Of a DNA stretch of 64,000 nucleotides, positions 1-9,686 are shown one piece after another (position 1 is the stretch's first letter; every line of letters begins with the position of its first letter). The notes under the pieces are model-generated. The model did not search any database and had not been told where the DNA came from. It worked only from the letters and a program-made list of their open reading frames with translations. This DNA is from Anaerolineaceae bacterium 4572_78 (GTDB lineage Bacteria; Chloroflexota; Anaerolineae; 4572-78), in contig NBMH01000005.1 of the NCBI GenBank assembly GCA_002084875.1, positions 27,284-91,283 on the forward strand, in the 5' to 3' direction. Position numbers and translations under genes: made by a program.

Positions 1-2195
1 ACGAATGGTTGCAGATAGGCAACAGATTTTTTCATTACTCTAGCACTTTTGACCACTTGCGGTAAAAACATTTTGCCCGCACCGAACAAATCACCTACCG
101 TACTCAGCCCATCCATCAAAGTACCTTCAATCACGCTTAAAGGGTCATCCACATTTCGACGTGCTTCTTCGGTATCTTCTTCGATGTAATCTAAAATCCC
201 TTTGACGAGGGCATACTCCAGACGCTTTTCGACGGATTGATTTCGCCAACTAATATCTTCCACTAGTTTTTTCTCGGTTCCCTTGACCGTTTCAGCAAAG
301 GCTATCAAATGTTCTGTGGCATCGGGACGACGATTAAAAATGACATCCTCGACTACATTTCGTAAATCCGAAGGAATATCTTCATAAATGGTCAATTGCC
401 CTGCGTTGACGATACCCATGTCCATTCCTGCTTTGATGGCATGGTAAAGAAACACAGAATGCATTGCCTCGCGGATAGCGTTATTGCCTCGAAATGAGAA
501 AGATAAATTGCTGACTCCACCACTAACTTTGCAATGTGGCAAATCGTGTTTGATAAGTCGTGTTGCCTCGATGAAGTTGTAGGCGTAATCATCATGCTCT
601 TTTATGCCAGTTGCTACGGCTAAAATGTTGGGGTCAAAAATAATATCTTGAGGAGGAAAACCAACCTGTTCAGTTAGGATTTTATAAGAACGGCTACAAA
701 TTTCGACTTTATGTTCGATGCTGGCGGCTTGTCCTGTTTCGTCAAATGCCATGACGATAACCGCTGCCCCATATCGCTTGATGAGTTTTGCTCGCTCGAT
801 AAATGTCGGTTCGCCATCTTTGAGACTAATCGAATTGACGATTGCCTTACCTTGCACGCATTTCAAACCCGCCTCAATAACTGACCATTTCGAGGAGTCA
901 ATCACAATCGGCACGCGGGCAATGTCGGGTTCGGTGGCGATAAGGTTGAGAAAATGAGTCATTGTTGCTTCACCATCAATCATCGCCTCATCGAAATTAA
1001 CATCAATCATTTGGGCACCATTCTCTATTTGCACATGGGCAACTTGCAATGCTTGCTCAAACTTACCTTTTTTAATCAGACGGCGAAATCGAGCTGAACC
1101 AGCTACATTGGTTCGCTCTCCGATATTCACGAAATTGGTAAACGGCGTAATGACCAACGGTTCTAAGCCACTAAACGTCGAATATGGTTTACGAATTGGA
1201 ACATGTCGCGGCGGAATATCTTTCACAGCCATGACAAGTTGACGGATGTATTCGGGAGTAGTACCACAACAACCTCCTGCAATATTCAGAAATCCACTCG
1301 TGGCAAATTCCTTCAGATGACGGCTAAAGTCTTCGGGAATCTGGTCATACTCTCCAAATTCATTCGGTAAACCTGCATTTGGATGACAACTGATGAACGT
1401 GTCAGCGACATTGGAGAGAATTTGAATGTACGGGCGCATTTGTTCTGCCCCTAAAGCACAATTCAAACCGATGGCAAAGGGACGAGCATGTGCGACGGAA
1501 TGCCAAAATGCTTCGGTGGTTTGTCCCGACAAAGTTCGTCCACTGTTATCGGTGATAGTACCCGAAAGAATGATAGGGCGTTGTTGATTCATCTCTTCAA
1601 AAAGACATTCCACAGCAAACAATGCCGCTTTGCTATTAAGCGTATCAAAAATGGTCTCGATTAAAATAATGTCCGCACCACCATCAATTAGGCCGCGGGC
1701 TTGTTCTTTGTAAGCAACGACGAGTTCGTTATATGTCACGTTGCGATAAGCGGGGTTATTGACATCGGGCGACATGGAAGCCGCTTGATTTGTGGGACCA
1801 AGTGTCCCAGCTACAAAGCGAGGATTGCTCGAATCTTTTGTCGTAAATACATCGGCTATTTCACGAGCGATAACAGCCGAATCCAAGTTTTGCCTATACG
1901 TCCATTCCGTCAATCCATAATCAGCTTGGGAAATGGCGTTGGCATTAAATGTATTGGTGGTGATGATATCCGCACCCGCTTCAAGATAAGCGGCATGTAT
2001 TTCTTTGATGATATGCGGTTTAGTTAATGACAAAACATCGTTGTTTCCTTTTAAGTTATACGGGTGGTCAGCAAATTGCTCACCGCGATAATCTTTTTCT
2101 GTTAAATTATAAGTTTGTATCATCGTTCCCATCGCTCCATCGAGGATGAGTATCCGTTTTTTAAGCAGTTCAGTTAATATATTTTGAGTTGTCAT
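1..2195 (-). CDS. metH: Cobalamin-dependent methionine synthase MetH, N-terminal ~730 codons; the 3' end lies beyond the window start
   Basis: Absent from the ORF track because it is open to the window edge. My translation of the minus strand starts at ATG 2193-2195, with GGAGG at 2202-2206. It reads [27 protein letters not shown].., then ..[16 protein letters not shown].. (homocysteine-domain Cys pair). It continues with ..[14 protein letters not shown].. and ..[15 protein letters not shown].. (pterin-binding barrel), then the start of the B12 cap region. There are no stops down to position 1. Confidence 0.9.
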   Translation of the reverse strand, partial: MTTQNILTELLKKRILILDGAMGTMIQTYNLTEKDYRGEQFADHPYNLKGNNDVLSLTKPHIIKEIHAAYLEAGADIITTNTFNANAISQADYGLTEWTYRQNLDSAVIAREIADVFTTKDSSNPRFVAGTLGPTNQAASMSPDVNNPAYRNVTYNELVVAYKEQARGLIDGGADIILIETIFDTLNSKAALFAVECLFEEMNQQRPIILSGTITDNSGRTLSGQTTEAFWHSVAHARPFAIGLNCALGAEQMRPYIQILSNVADTFISCHPNAGLPNEFGEYDQIPEDFSRHLKEFATSGFLNIAGGCCGTTPEYIRQLVMAVKDIPPRHVPIRKPYSTFSGLEPLVITPFTNFVNIGERTNVAGSARFRRLIKKGKFEQALQVAHVQIENGAQMIDVNFDEAMIDGEATMTHFLNLIATEPDIARVPIVIDSSKWSVIEAGLKCVQGKAIVNSISLKDGEPTFIERAKLIKRYGAAVIVMAFDETGQAASIEHKVEICSRSYKILTEQVGFPPQDIIFDPNILAVATGIKEHDDYAYNFIEATRLIKHDLPHCKVSGGVSNLSFSFRGNNAIREAMHSVFLYHAIKAGMDMGIVNAGQLTIYEDIPSDLRNVVEDVIFNRRPDATEHLIAFAETVKGTEKKLVEDISWRNQSVEKRLEYALVKGILDYIEEDTEEARRNVDDPLSVIEGTLMDGLSTVGDLFGAGKMFLPQVVKSARVMKKSVAYLQPF

Positions 2196-2223
2196 AGTAT
2201 ACCTCCTAGTAAACCTCACACGC

Positions 2224-2337
2224 ACCCACCCCTAGGGTTGTTCAATGCTATTTTTTGACAAGATAAATTGGAGGGTCAAAGCTTGCTTTGACATGAAAAA
2301 GCAAGCGATTTGATACTCCATTGCGACCACATGGGGG
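2224..2337. repeat. Composite palindromic element (TIR-like module, TTTTTTGACAAGATAAATTGGAG arm, R1 core, GCGACCACATG tail)
   Basis: GGGTTGTTCAATGCTA at 2235-2250, followed by GGTCAAAGCTTGCTTTGACATGAAAAAGCAAGC. It lies between the metH start and the GT87-like stop. Confidence 0.85.
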
Positions 2338-2440
2338 AATGGGGGCGTAAACTTTCCTGTCAAGAAAAAAATAAATAATCAATACCGATGGCAAAAAGCC
2401 ATGCATAAATATAGCCTCAAAATTACTCCCCCGTGAGGTG

Positions 2441-3397
2441 TCAATGGTTGTTAGGAAAAGTGTCCATAAAGCGATTGAGCTGAATATCTGAATACTGACA
2501 ATGAGCCATTGATGATGTGCCCAGCGTTTGAATATCAAAAATAAGCTCAAGTAAAGAATGACATGATTGGTTTAAGAATACATCAATCGTAGGGAAAAAG
2601 TAAGCTGTCATGTTTTCGAGGGGGGAGCCAAATCCGACATATCCTGAATAGGCAGATAAATTGCCAAGAAAACTAAATAGCCAGTCGGGTAGCCATATCA
2701 AACTTGCTATCATTAAAACTGCTGTACTGACTGTAAAACTGATGAGGAAATTCCATCGTTTTTGACGGAATGTCCATAAAATAAAAAATGGGATGAGCAA
2801 GAATACCATTTGTGGTTTGATGGTGGCAAGTGGTAGAATCGCTCCCGCCAAGTAGTCTTTGCCATGCATTATTCCCCAAATGGAAATGAATACGCATAAA
2901 GCCACAATCACAGAAAACTGTCCTAGCATGATAGCTCTGGTGCCAGAATAAAAAACAATCGTCCACAATAATGTTGAAATGCGTAGCCATATCGGCGGAT
3001 GCCAGCGAATGACATCAAATAAAACAAGGGCACTTCCTAGCATGGCAAATTGTAATACGGTCATCCATATCGCTTGAGCCCATGCGTAGGAAAGTAATGT
3101 GAGCGGCAAAAATATGAAGATGGTGTAAAGTGGATAGGCAAAATTAACTTGGTCTTCGTCAGAGCGAGTATGTCGTCCAAAAAGTATTTCTTGAGCTTCT
3201 AACTCAATGTCATGGTGGTATGGATTACGCCCATGCAGAACTAATTCTTTTGCCCCGTACCATCTAGCAAAAAAGTCGGCGGTTCCAGGATTTTCGAGGG
3301 CATAGCCATAATGAATAGCTAGCGACTCAATCGACATTAGTCCCAAAAGGAGCATGGCAATAATTAACCATTGTTTGCTAGAAGTTTTTGAAATCAT
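2441..3397 (-). CDS. Polytopic membrane protein, DUF2029 / glycosyltransferase family 87-like
   Basis: 318-aa ORF, mostly hydrophobic helices. The N-terminal loop DFFARWYGAKELVLHGRNPY..VNFAYPLYTIFIFLPL resembles the GT87/DUF2029 signature. Its ATG overlaps the stop of the upstream gene (ATGA at 3394-3397). Confidence 0.5.
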   Translation of the reverse strand: MISKTSSKQWLIIAMLLLGLMSIESLAIHYGYALENPGTADFFARWYGAKELVLHGRNPYHHDIELEAQEILFGRHTRSDEDQVNFAYPLYTIFIFLPLTLLSYAWAQAIWMTVLQFAMLGSALVLFDVIRWHPPIWLRISTLLWTIVFYSGTRAIMLGQFSVIVALCVFISIWGIMHGKDYLAGAILPLATIKPQMVFLLIPFFILWTFRQKRWNFLISFTVSTAVLMIASLIWLPDWLFSFLGNLSAYSGYVGFGSPLENMTAYFFPTIDVFLNQSCHSLLELIFDIQTLGTSSMAHCQYSDIQLNRFMDTFPNNH

Positions 3398-4224
3398 GTT
3401 AAACTAGGTAAAATATGTTTTTCTATCCATGTATTTATTTTACCCTTGAAAAGATATGCCAATCCAATGACAGCAAAAATAATTGCTGTCATAGCAAAAA
3501 GTATCCATGTGGGAAATGAGAGGGATGTCGCACCTATCCAAGCTATGGCAAAACTGGCGGGACCTCGACTTAATAATATGGCAATGGCTAGGGATGAAAG
3601 TTTTATGCGGCTGAGTCCCGCGATAAAATATGGGATGTCGCCGATTGGAATGTTAAAAATAATAAACCACATCCATACTGTCTCTAATTTTGCTAGTCCT
3701 TCATATTTTGCTAGGGTTTCGGGAGCAATATTTTTTTGGATGAATGGTCGACCTAATGTGCGAGCTAACCATGCGGCAGTCATGCCGCCCGCTAATAGAC
3801 CTACGACGTTATAAATCCCTCCCCACACGGTCCCAAAAAGTATGCCCCCCAAAATTTGGACTGGATAGCCAGGAATTGGAGCACCGACAATTTGTAATAT
3901 GCTTAAAGCTATAAAGGCAAACGGGGCCAATGCACCTAAGCGGTCGACTTCGGCTCGCAATGTGATGGGGTCAGGGTTGGTTATCAATGTTAAAAGTGGT
4001 TGCCATAAAATTATTGCCACCATGATAAGAATCAGGATAACCAGCCAAGGCAATAATTTTGAAAATATATCGGTAGCCCTCAGCCCCGACTCCACCCCCA
4101 TAAGGAAAGGGGAATCTTGTTCGGTAGACTCCTCTACCACTGGGAGAGGAGAATCGTTGCCGAAGTAGGGGCAATGTCTGCGAGCAATATGATGAATGGC
4201 TTTTTGTTTTAAATCTTTGGTCAT
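3394..4224 (-). CDS. TVP38/TMEM64 (SNARE-associated, DedA-related) family membrane protein
   Basis: 276-aa ORF. The core LGALAPFAFIALSILQIVGAPIPGYPVQILGGILFG..AAWLARTLGRPF fits the family motif. Several hydrophobic helices. Confidence 0.7.
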   Translation of the reverse strand: MTKDLKQKAIHHIARRHCPYFGNDSPLPVVEESTEQDSPFLMGVESGLRATDIFSKLLPWLVILILIMVAIILWQPLLTLITNPDPITLRAEVDRLGALAPFAFIALSILQIVGAPIPGYPVQILGGILFGTVWGGIYNVVGLLAGGMTAAWLARTLGRPFIQKNIAPETLAKYEGLAKLETVWMWFIIFNIPIGDIPYFIAGLSRIKLSSLAIAILLSRGPASFAIAWIGATSLSFPTWILFAMTAIIFAVIGLAYLFKGKINTWIEKHILPSLT

Positions 4225-4240
4225 AAAAATTAGCCGTTGA

Positions 4241-4336
4241 TAGACCCCACCCTATGGCTGTTCAATGCTAGTTGTAGGGGCGTATGGCCATACGCCCCTA
4301 CTTGCTTTGACATGAAGAAGCAAGCTTTCGCTCCAG
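4241..4336. repeat. Composite element: GTAGACCCCACCC module, TIR-like module, R4 perfect 28-nt palindrome and half an R1 core
   Basis: R4 GTAGGGGCGTATGGCCATACGCCCCTAC at 4274-4301, then CTTGCTTTGACATGAAGAAGCAAGCTTTCGCTCCAG. It lies between the clpX stop and the TVP38 start. Confidence 0.85.
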
Positions 4337-4354
4337 TGAGATGTTTCTATGTTT

Positions 4355-5641
4355 TTAAGCAGCTTTTGTCACATCCCAGCTTAATAAACGACCGTACTCA
4401 TCATACAGTTCGGGACCAGCTAGATGTGAAATGGTCGATTCTGTAATGACACATTTTTTGATTTCTTGGCGTGAAGGAATTTCATACATCACATCGAGCA
4501 GTGTATCTTCGATAATCGCTCGCAAACCTCGTGCTCCTATGCTTTGTCTATAAGCGATTTCGGCTGCCACATCAAGTGATTCTGAGGTGAAAACTAATTC
4601 AACTCCATCCAACTTGAATAAACGATGATATTGTTTCACTAAGGCATTCTTTGGCTCAGTTAATATTCGTTTCAAAGCAGATTTATCAAGGGCATCAACG
4701 GTGACAATTACGGGCAAGCGTCCTACAAATTCAGGGATGAGTCCATATTCAATCAAGTCATCTGGTGTTAACTGACGTAATAACTCTGCTTTGGAAAGGT
4801 CACTTCGCCGCAATGCCAATGGTACAGGTTTCTTTTGAAAACCAAACTGACCCTTAACCTCAATTCTGTTTGAAATAATTTTATCAACGTCATCAAATGA
4901 ACCCCCGCATATAAACAAAATGTTTGAGGTATTGATTTGCATGAACTCTTGATGAGGATGTTTACGTCCTCCCTGTGGCGGCACATTGGCAACAGTTCCT
5001 TCTATGATTTTCAACAGTGCCTGTTGTACTCCTTCCCCTGAAACGTCGCGGGTGATGGAGGGATTATCTCCTGATTTGCGATTACTTTTATCAATCTCAT
5101 CGAGGTAGATAATCCCTTTTTCTGCCAAAGGAATATTGTTGTCCGCAGCTTGGATTAGTCGTAATAAAATTGTTTCGACATCCTCACCAACATAGCCCGC
5201 TTCAGTAAGCGATGTAGCGTCAGCTATACAAAAGGGAACATCTAAAATGCGTGCCAATGTCTGGGCAAGCAGTGTTTTGCCACAGCCTGTTGGACCGACA
5301 AGAAGGATGTTACTTTTTTGTAACTCAATATCACCTGTTCTAATACCAATACGTTTGTAATGATTATAAACAGCAACGGCTAACACTTTTTTAGCACGCT
5401 CTTGTCCTACGACCCACTCATTCAAACGAGTGTAAATATCATGCGGAGCAGGAAAACGACTTGTACTGCGTCTTTGCTTTTGTTCTTCCTCTTGCTCTTT
5501 TTCTAGTATCTCTTTACAAAGATAAACACAATCATCACAAATGAAAACACGGTCGGGTCCTGCGATAAGACGCTCCACCTCGTCCTGCGAACGTTTGCAA
5601 AAAGAACAGTATGGTATGCTAGAACGAAATCGTTTAACCAT
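4355..5641 (-). CDS. clpX: ATP-dependent Clp protease ATP-binding subunit ClpX
   Basis: 428 aa. N-terminal C4 zinc module CSFC..CDDC, Walker A GPTGCGKT, Walker [10 protein letters not shown], and the conserved [11 protein letters not shown] segment. Overlaps clpP by 8 nt. Confidence 0.97.
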   Translation of the reverse strand: MVKRFRSSIPYCSFCKRSQDEVERLIAGPDRVFICDDCVYLCKEILEKEQEEEQKQRRSTSRFPAPHDIYTRLNEWVVGQERAKKVLAVAVYNHYKRIGIRTGDIELQKSNILLVGPTGCGKTLLAQTLARILDVPFCIADATSLTEAGYVGEDVETILLRLIQAADNNIPLAEKGIIYLDEIDKSNRKSGDNPSITRDVSGEGVQQALLKIIEGTVANVPPQGGRKHPHQEFMQINTSNILFICGGSFDDVDKIISNRIEVKGQFGFQKKPVPLALRRSDLSKAELLRQLTPDDLIEYGLIPEFVGRLPVIVTVDALDKSALKRILTEPKNALVKQYHRLFKLDGVELVFTSESLDVAAEIAYRQSIGARGLRAIIEDTLLDVMYEIPSRQEIKKCVITESTISHLAGPELYDEYGRLLSWDVTKAA

Positions 5642-6269
5642 CTTCCTCTGATTTTTTAGTTAATGAAAAAACAGACTCACCCATTATCTCATCTACTAAG
5701 CCATAATCTTTTGCCATTTGAGCATCCATCCAATGGTCACGTTCAAAATCATCGGCAATTTGTTGAACACTTTGTCCTGTATGTTTGGACACAATGTGAT
5801 GAAGCGTATCTTGTAATCGTTTCATTTCCTTGTATTGGATTTCAATATCAGGAATATATCCTTGCGTTCCGCCACCAGCAGGATGCATGTGGATAGTAGC
5901 ATGAGGCAAAGAATATCGCTCACCGGGTGTACCTGCAGCTAATAGCACTGTGCCAAAACTTGCAGTTACACCAATTGCAAATGTACGAATTGGATTAGGA
6001 ATAGCTTGCATGGTGTCATAAATTGCCAGACCTGAATAGATAACACCTCCTGGACAGTTGATGTAAAGAGAAATATCACGTTCAGGGTCTTGTTGGCTAA
6101 GATAAAGTAACTGAGCCACTATCAAACTAGCTACTTGGTCGTTGATTGGGGTACCCAAAAATACAATACGTTCCTTTAGTAGTAATGAAAAAATATCATA
6201 GGCTCGTTCTACTCGACCTGTTGTTTCAATTACCATCGGAATAATTGATTGTGGGAATGGTAAAGACAT
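5634..6269 (-). CDS. clpP: ATP-dependent Clp protease proteolytic subunit ClpP
   Basis: 211 aa. [30 protein letters not shown], catalytic Ser context [14 protein letters not shown], His context [11 protein letters not shown]. Confidence 0.97.
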   Translation of the reverse strand: MSLPFPQSIIPMVIETTGRVERAYDIFSLLLKERIVFLGTPINDQVASLIVAQLLYLSQQDPERDISLYINCPGGVIYSGLAIYDTMQAIPNPIRTFAIGVTASFGTVLLAAGTPGERYSLPHATIHMHPAGGGTQGYIPDIEIQYKEMKRLQDTLHHIVSKHTGQSVQQIADDFERDHWMDAQMAKDYGLVDEIMGESVFSLTKKSEEDG

Positions 6270-6281
6270 TTTTAAACCTCC

Positions 6282-7559
6282 TTAATTAGTTTGGTCAAAT
6301 TGACCTTTTATAATATCAATCAATCGTTTACGGATTTTATCATTGTGCAAATTATCTGCTAAATGTTGTATATAATCAGGTGAATTGAGTTGCTCAACCA
6401 TTGATTTATTGTCACTATATAAATAAGTCATGTATTGAGCTTGCAAACTGACTTCTTGCAAATCAACTTGCAAATCCTCTTTTTTAGCAATTTCCTTTAA
6501 AACCAGAGTGGTCTTAATATGCTCTATGACATTTTCACGTACTTCTTCGCGAAACTCCTCAATACGCTTTTTATTTTCTCTGAGATAATCATTTAATGTA
6601 GTTTTTGCTTTTCGAAGTTCATCTTCGTAGTAACGTATTGATTTCTTGACTTCTTCGTCTTCTAGGAGAGATGGCCATTTAAGTGTTATCATTTCACTAA
6701 TGATAATCTCAAGACCTTGTGAAAACAAAAAATTGTCTATTTGAGTTTGCTTTTTCTCAGATATGGCTTTTCTAATTTGTTCCTTTAATTCGCTAAGGCT
6801 TTTAAACTGACCTATATTTTGTACGAAACTGTCATCGTCAAGATTTACAACTCTACGTTTCACTTTTTTTACGGTAAGTGTACATTCAATCTCATGACCA
6901 TCCAATAAGGTCTGGGTAAAATCATACATCTCACCTACCGATAAGCCCATTACATGCGGTATAAAGTCAGCAAAGTTATCTTTTGACTCTTGACCAGCCT
7001 TAGGCAAATCAAGATTTATGATTGCTTCTCTTTTATCACCACTTTGTGAATCAACTTCATTTATTGTCATCGTTACAATATCGCCTGATTGAGCGGGTTG
7101 ATTGACCTCTTTAAATGGAGAATATTCCTCACGAAATTTGGTAACTTCCGCTTCAATTTCTTCATCACTCACAATTGGTGTTTCATAGTCCAAACGGATA
7201 GCATGATAATCTCCTAATTCAACTTGGGGCATACTGAAAAATTTGACCGTCATTGTGATAGGGTTCCAGTCAATATTTTCAATTTCTGGGGTGCTATAAG
7301 GGACATAATTTGTCTCTTTGAGTGCTTTTTTGAAAATCTCATCTCCCAGGTCGTTTATAGATTCTTGCTGAATGGCTTCCTCGCCAAATCGCTTGAAAAC
7401 ATGAATATAAGGAGCTTTACCTGGTCTGAAACCTGGTATTTTGACATTTTTGGCAATACGCTGACCTGCTTTACGATATAATTTTCTTTTTTGCTGGTCA
7501 TCTAATTCAATTGTCATTGCTATTTCGCAATCGTTGATTTCTTCTATTGTTACTTTCAA
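6282..7559 (-). CDS. tig: Trigger factor
   Basis: 425 aa, TTG start preceded by AAGAGG. The ribosome-binding motif GFRPGKAP is near the N-terminus. It sits in the canonical tig-clpP-clpX arrangement. Confidence 0.92.
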   Translation of the reverse strand: MKVTIEEINDCEIAMTIELDDQQKRKLYRKAGQRIAKNVKIPGFRPGKAPYIHVFKRFGEEAIQQESINDLGDEIFKKALKETNYVPYSTPEIENIDWNPITMTVKFFSMPQVELGDYHAIRLDYETPIVSDEEIEAEVTKFREEYSPFKEVNQPAQSGDIVTMTINEVDSQSGDKREAIINLDLPKAGQESKDNFADFIPHVMGLSVGEMYDFTQTLLDGHEIECTLTVKKVKRRVVNLDDDSFVQNIGQFKSLSELKEQIRKAISEKKQTQIDNFLFSQGLEIIISEMITLKWPSLLEDEEVKKSIRYYEDELRKAKTTLNDYLRENKKRIEEFREEVRENVIEHIKTTLVLKEIAKKEDLQVDLQEVSLQAQYMTYLYSDNKSMVEQLNSPDYIQHLADNLHNDKIRKRLIDIIKGQFDQTN

Positions 7560-7674
7560 TTTTCATACCTCTTGTTTAAAATGAAGTCTTAAAAGACACT
7601 ATACATAATATCATAAAATTGGTTTAATTGCCAATTCATGAGAATACATTTTAATTTTAGTCAATTTTCTTCAG

Positions 7675-8506
7675 GTGAGGGCGACTATCATGACTGTATT
7701 TTCCTTAAAATCAATTTTACAGTGGCATAAACATGTTCGTCTTTTTGTCAAAAATCCTTTCCTTGCTATAATCAAAGTTGTGAATATTTATGCGATTAAA
7801 ACTCATAAAATTACTATACAAGACCAGAACTTATATGACATTCTGGACAAGTATGTGAAAGTTCTTGAAGAAAAAACGATTTTGGCAATTACATCAAAAA
7901 TTATCTCAATCAGTCAAAAACGGGTGGTAAAAATAACGGATGCCGACAGAGAAAAACTAATTGAACAGGAATCGGATTATTTTCTTCATGCCAACTCTCA
8001 TAAATATAATGTAACTCTAACAATTAAAAATAATTGGCTGATACCAACAGCAGGCATTGACACTTCAAATGGAAATGGATATTATGTGTTATGGCCCCGT
8101 GAGCCACAACAAACCGCCAATGGGATTCGGTCTTATTTGAAAAAACGACATTGGTGTTATTATCACGGATAGCCATATTACACCACTTCGTTGGGGTGTA
8201 ACAGGTGTAGCCATTGCTCATAGCGGATTTTCAGCACTCAATGATTATATTGGTTCACCTGATATATTTGGTCGGAAAATGAGCATGACAAAAGTTAATG
8301 TTGCTGATAGTCTGGCTACCACAGCCACGCTGGTCATGGGTGAGGGAAATGAGCAACAGCCATTAGCCGTTATATCTGAAGTGCCATTTATTACATTTCA
8401 AGATAGCAACCCCTCCCCCACAGAAGTACAAGAACGTTTAATAAATATTGAAGATGATATATTTGTGCCGTTGCTTAAAGGGATTCAATGGCATGAGAAC
8501 ATGTAG
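7675..8506 (+). pseudogene. F420-0:gamma-glutamyl ligase family (CofE / F420_ligase) homologue whose frame is broken by a +1 shift at an A6 run
   Basis: ORF 7675-8172 carries ..ILAITSKIISISQKRVV.. and ..IPTAGIDTSNGNGYYVLWPREPQQTANGIRSYLKK. Reading one frame over from the A6 run at 8140-8145 gives DIGVIITDSHITPLRWGVTGVAIAHSGFSALNDYIGSPDIFGRKMSMTKVNVADSLATTATLVMGEGNEQQPLAVI. That frame joins ORF 8279-8506. The conserved part begins near 7770, so the real start is probably internal. Confidence 0.75.
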
Positions 8507-8531
8507 TACGGACATCATGCCTGTGGTAATT

Positions 8532-8675
8532 CTTCATTTCCCATTTTGTCAGTAGACCCCACCCCGTGAACGGGAGGGGAGCAGTCACTTCCCCTGCAGG
8601 CGAGGGGATTGAGGGGGTATTTTGTTCCCTATCCCTGTGGGGAGGGCTAGGGTGGGGCAAGACTGTTCAATGCTA
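8532..8675. repeat. Composite element: TTTGTCAGTAGACCCCACCCC module, several R3 G-rich hairpins and a TIR-like end
   Basis: Homologous, with indels, to 32514-32654. It ends in CTGTTCAATGCTA at 8663-8675. Confidence 0.85.
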
Positions 8676-8811
8676 AAGATGATATTGGATTTCGTACCTC
8701 AATCTCATCCATGGGGATTGTTTTTAACAGAATATGCAGGGATTTATGGCATAAATCCTACACGATGATAAGACATGTGTCCCATATTCCTACATGTTCT
8801 ACCTGAAAAAA

Positions 8812-8840
8812 TAGCATTGAACAGCCCTGAAGGTGGGGTG
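8812..8840. repeat. TIR-like module TAGCATTGAACAGCCC plus a G-rich stub, inverted relative to 8661-8675
   Basis: Read directly. It is 136 nt from its inverted partner. Confidence 0.8.
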
Positions 8841-8891
8841 AACGATTATAAATAATTACTATATCTCTGTACTACACGAAGGAAAAAAATA

Positions 8892-9539
8892 ATGACTAAC
8901 AACTGGAAAGTAAACATGTTACTTGGAATTTTTGTAGCACTACTTATCGGGATGAATTTACTTGGTGTCAAGGTCGTTGAAATTTTTGGCATAGCTGTAT
9001 CTGTAGGAATTTTCATGGCACCAATTACTTTTTTAATCACTGATATAATCGAAGAAGTATACGGCAAAAAAGTTGTCGGTAATTTTTTAGCAACAGGATT
9101 AACCTCCCTGATAATCGTTTTTGTATATACCGCAATTTTTGTGGTGCTTGAACCAGCTGGACGGTATGATTATAATGAGGAATACCGCATAATTTTTGGT
9201 TCATCATTACGGATAATGGCAGCTAGTTTTGTTGCCTTTTCACTTGCCCAATTAAATGATATGTTTGTCTTTGAGTTTTTAAAAAACAAGACTGAAGGAC
9301 GTAGTCTGTGGCTAAGAAATAATATTTCCACGATGCTGTCACAAGCAATTGATACTTTTGTTTTTATGTTTATTGCCTTTTGGCAAATCACCCCAAAGTT
9401 TGATTTAGCATTTATTATTAGTTTAGCAATTCCATATTATCTTTTTAAGATAGCATTTGCCGCCCTAGATACACCCCTCGTATATTTAGGGGTGTGGTGG
9501 CTTCGAGAGGAAAACACTACAACAATACATGAAGAATAG
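8892..9539 (+). CDS. yhhQ: Queuosine-precursor transporter, YhhQ / DUF165 (Vut) family
   Basis: 215 aa, six hydrophobic helices. Motifs PITFLITDIIEEVYGKK, FSLAQLNDMFVFEFLK and LWLRNNISTMLSQAIDTFVF. Confidence 0.85.
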   Translation: MTNNWKVNMLLGIFVALLIGMNLLGVKVVEIFGIAVSVGIFMAPITFLITDIIEEVYGKKVVGNFLATGLTSLIIVFVYTAIFVVLEPAGRYDYNEEYRIIFGSSLRIMAASFVAFSLAQLNDMFVFEFLKNKTEGRSLWLRNNISTMLSQAIDTFVFMFIAFWQITPKFDLAFIISLAIPYYLFKIAFAALDTPLVYLGVWWLREENTTTIHEE

Positions 9540-9665
9540 GGCTGTTCAAAGCTTGCTTTGACATGAAAAAGCAAGCTTTTTCGCTCCATTGTGCGACCAT
9601 GTGAAGGAGGGGAATCGTAGTACTCCCATCTCCTTGTAGGGGAGGGGTCGGGGGTGGGGTCTACT
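9539..9665. repeat. Composite element: truncated TIR fused to an R1 core, then TTGTGCGACCATGTG, R3 and GGGGTGGGGTCTAC
   Basis: It starts at the yhhQ stop codon. GGGCTGTTCAAAGCTTGCTTTGACATGAAAAAGCAAGCTTTTTCGCTCCA. The terminal module is the reverse complement of the 8551-8565 module. Confidence 0.85.
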
Positions 9666-9686
9666 AACGAGGAGTGAATAATTACA

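Noticed and set aside
2248-2550. A small 'protein family' sharing LLFHVKASFD(P/Q)P.. across ORFs 2248-2550, 9437-9751, 15798-16058, 21398 (N-terminus), 35891 (N-terminus) and 49456-49638. Also the antisense-type peptides at 40224-40409 and 54358-54672, and the G/P-rich ORFs 8475-8660 and 41986-42204.
   Set aside because: The shared peptide is simply the translation of the R1/R3 DNA repeat. The ORFs have no RBS, no conserved length or context, and diverge immediately outside the repeat.
8841-8891. Possible preQ1 riboswitch in the leader of the YhhQ-type transporter gene (an A-rich tail, ACGAAGGAAAAAAATAATG, next to the start).
   Set aside because: I could not find the required 5-bp P1 helix closing a C-containing loop upstream of the A-tract. 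CTCTG has no complementary partner. A covariance-model scan (RF00522, RF01054, RF02680) would be decisive.
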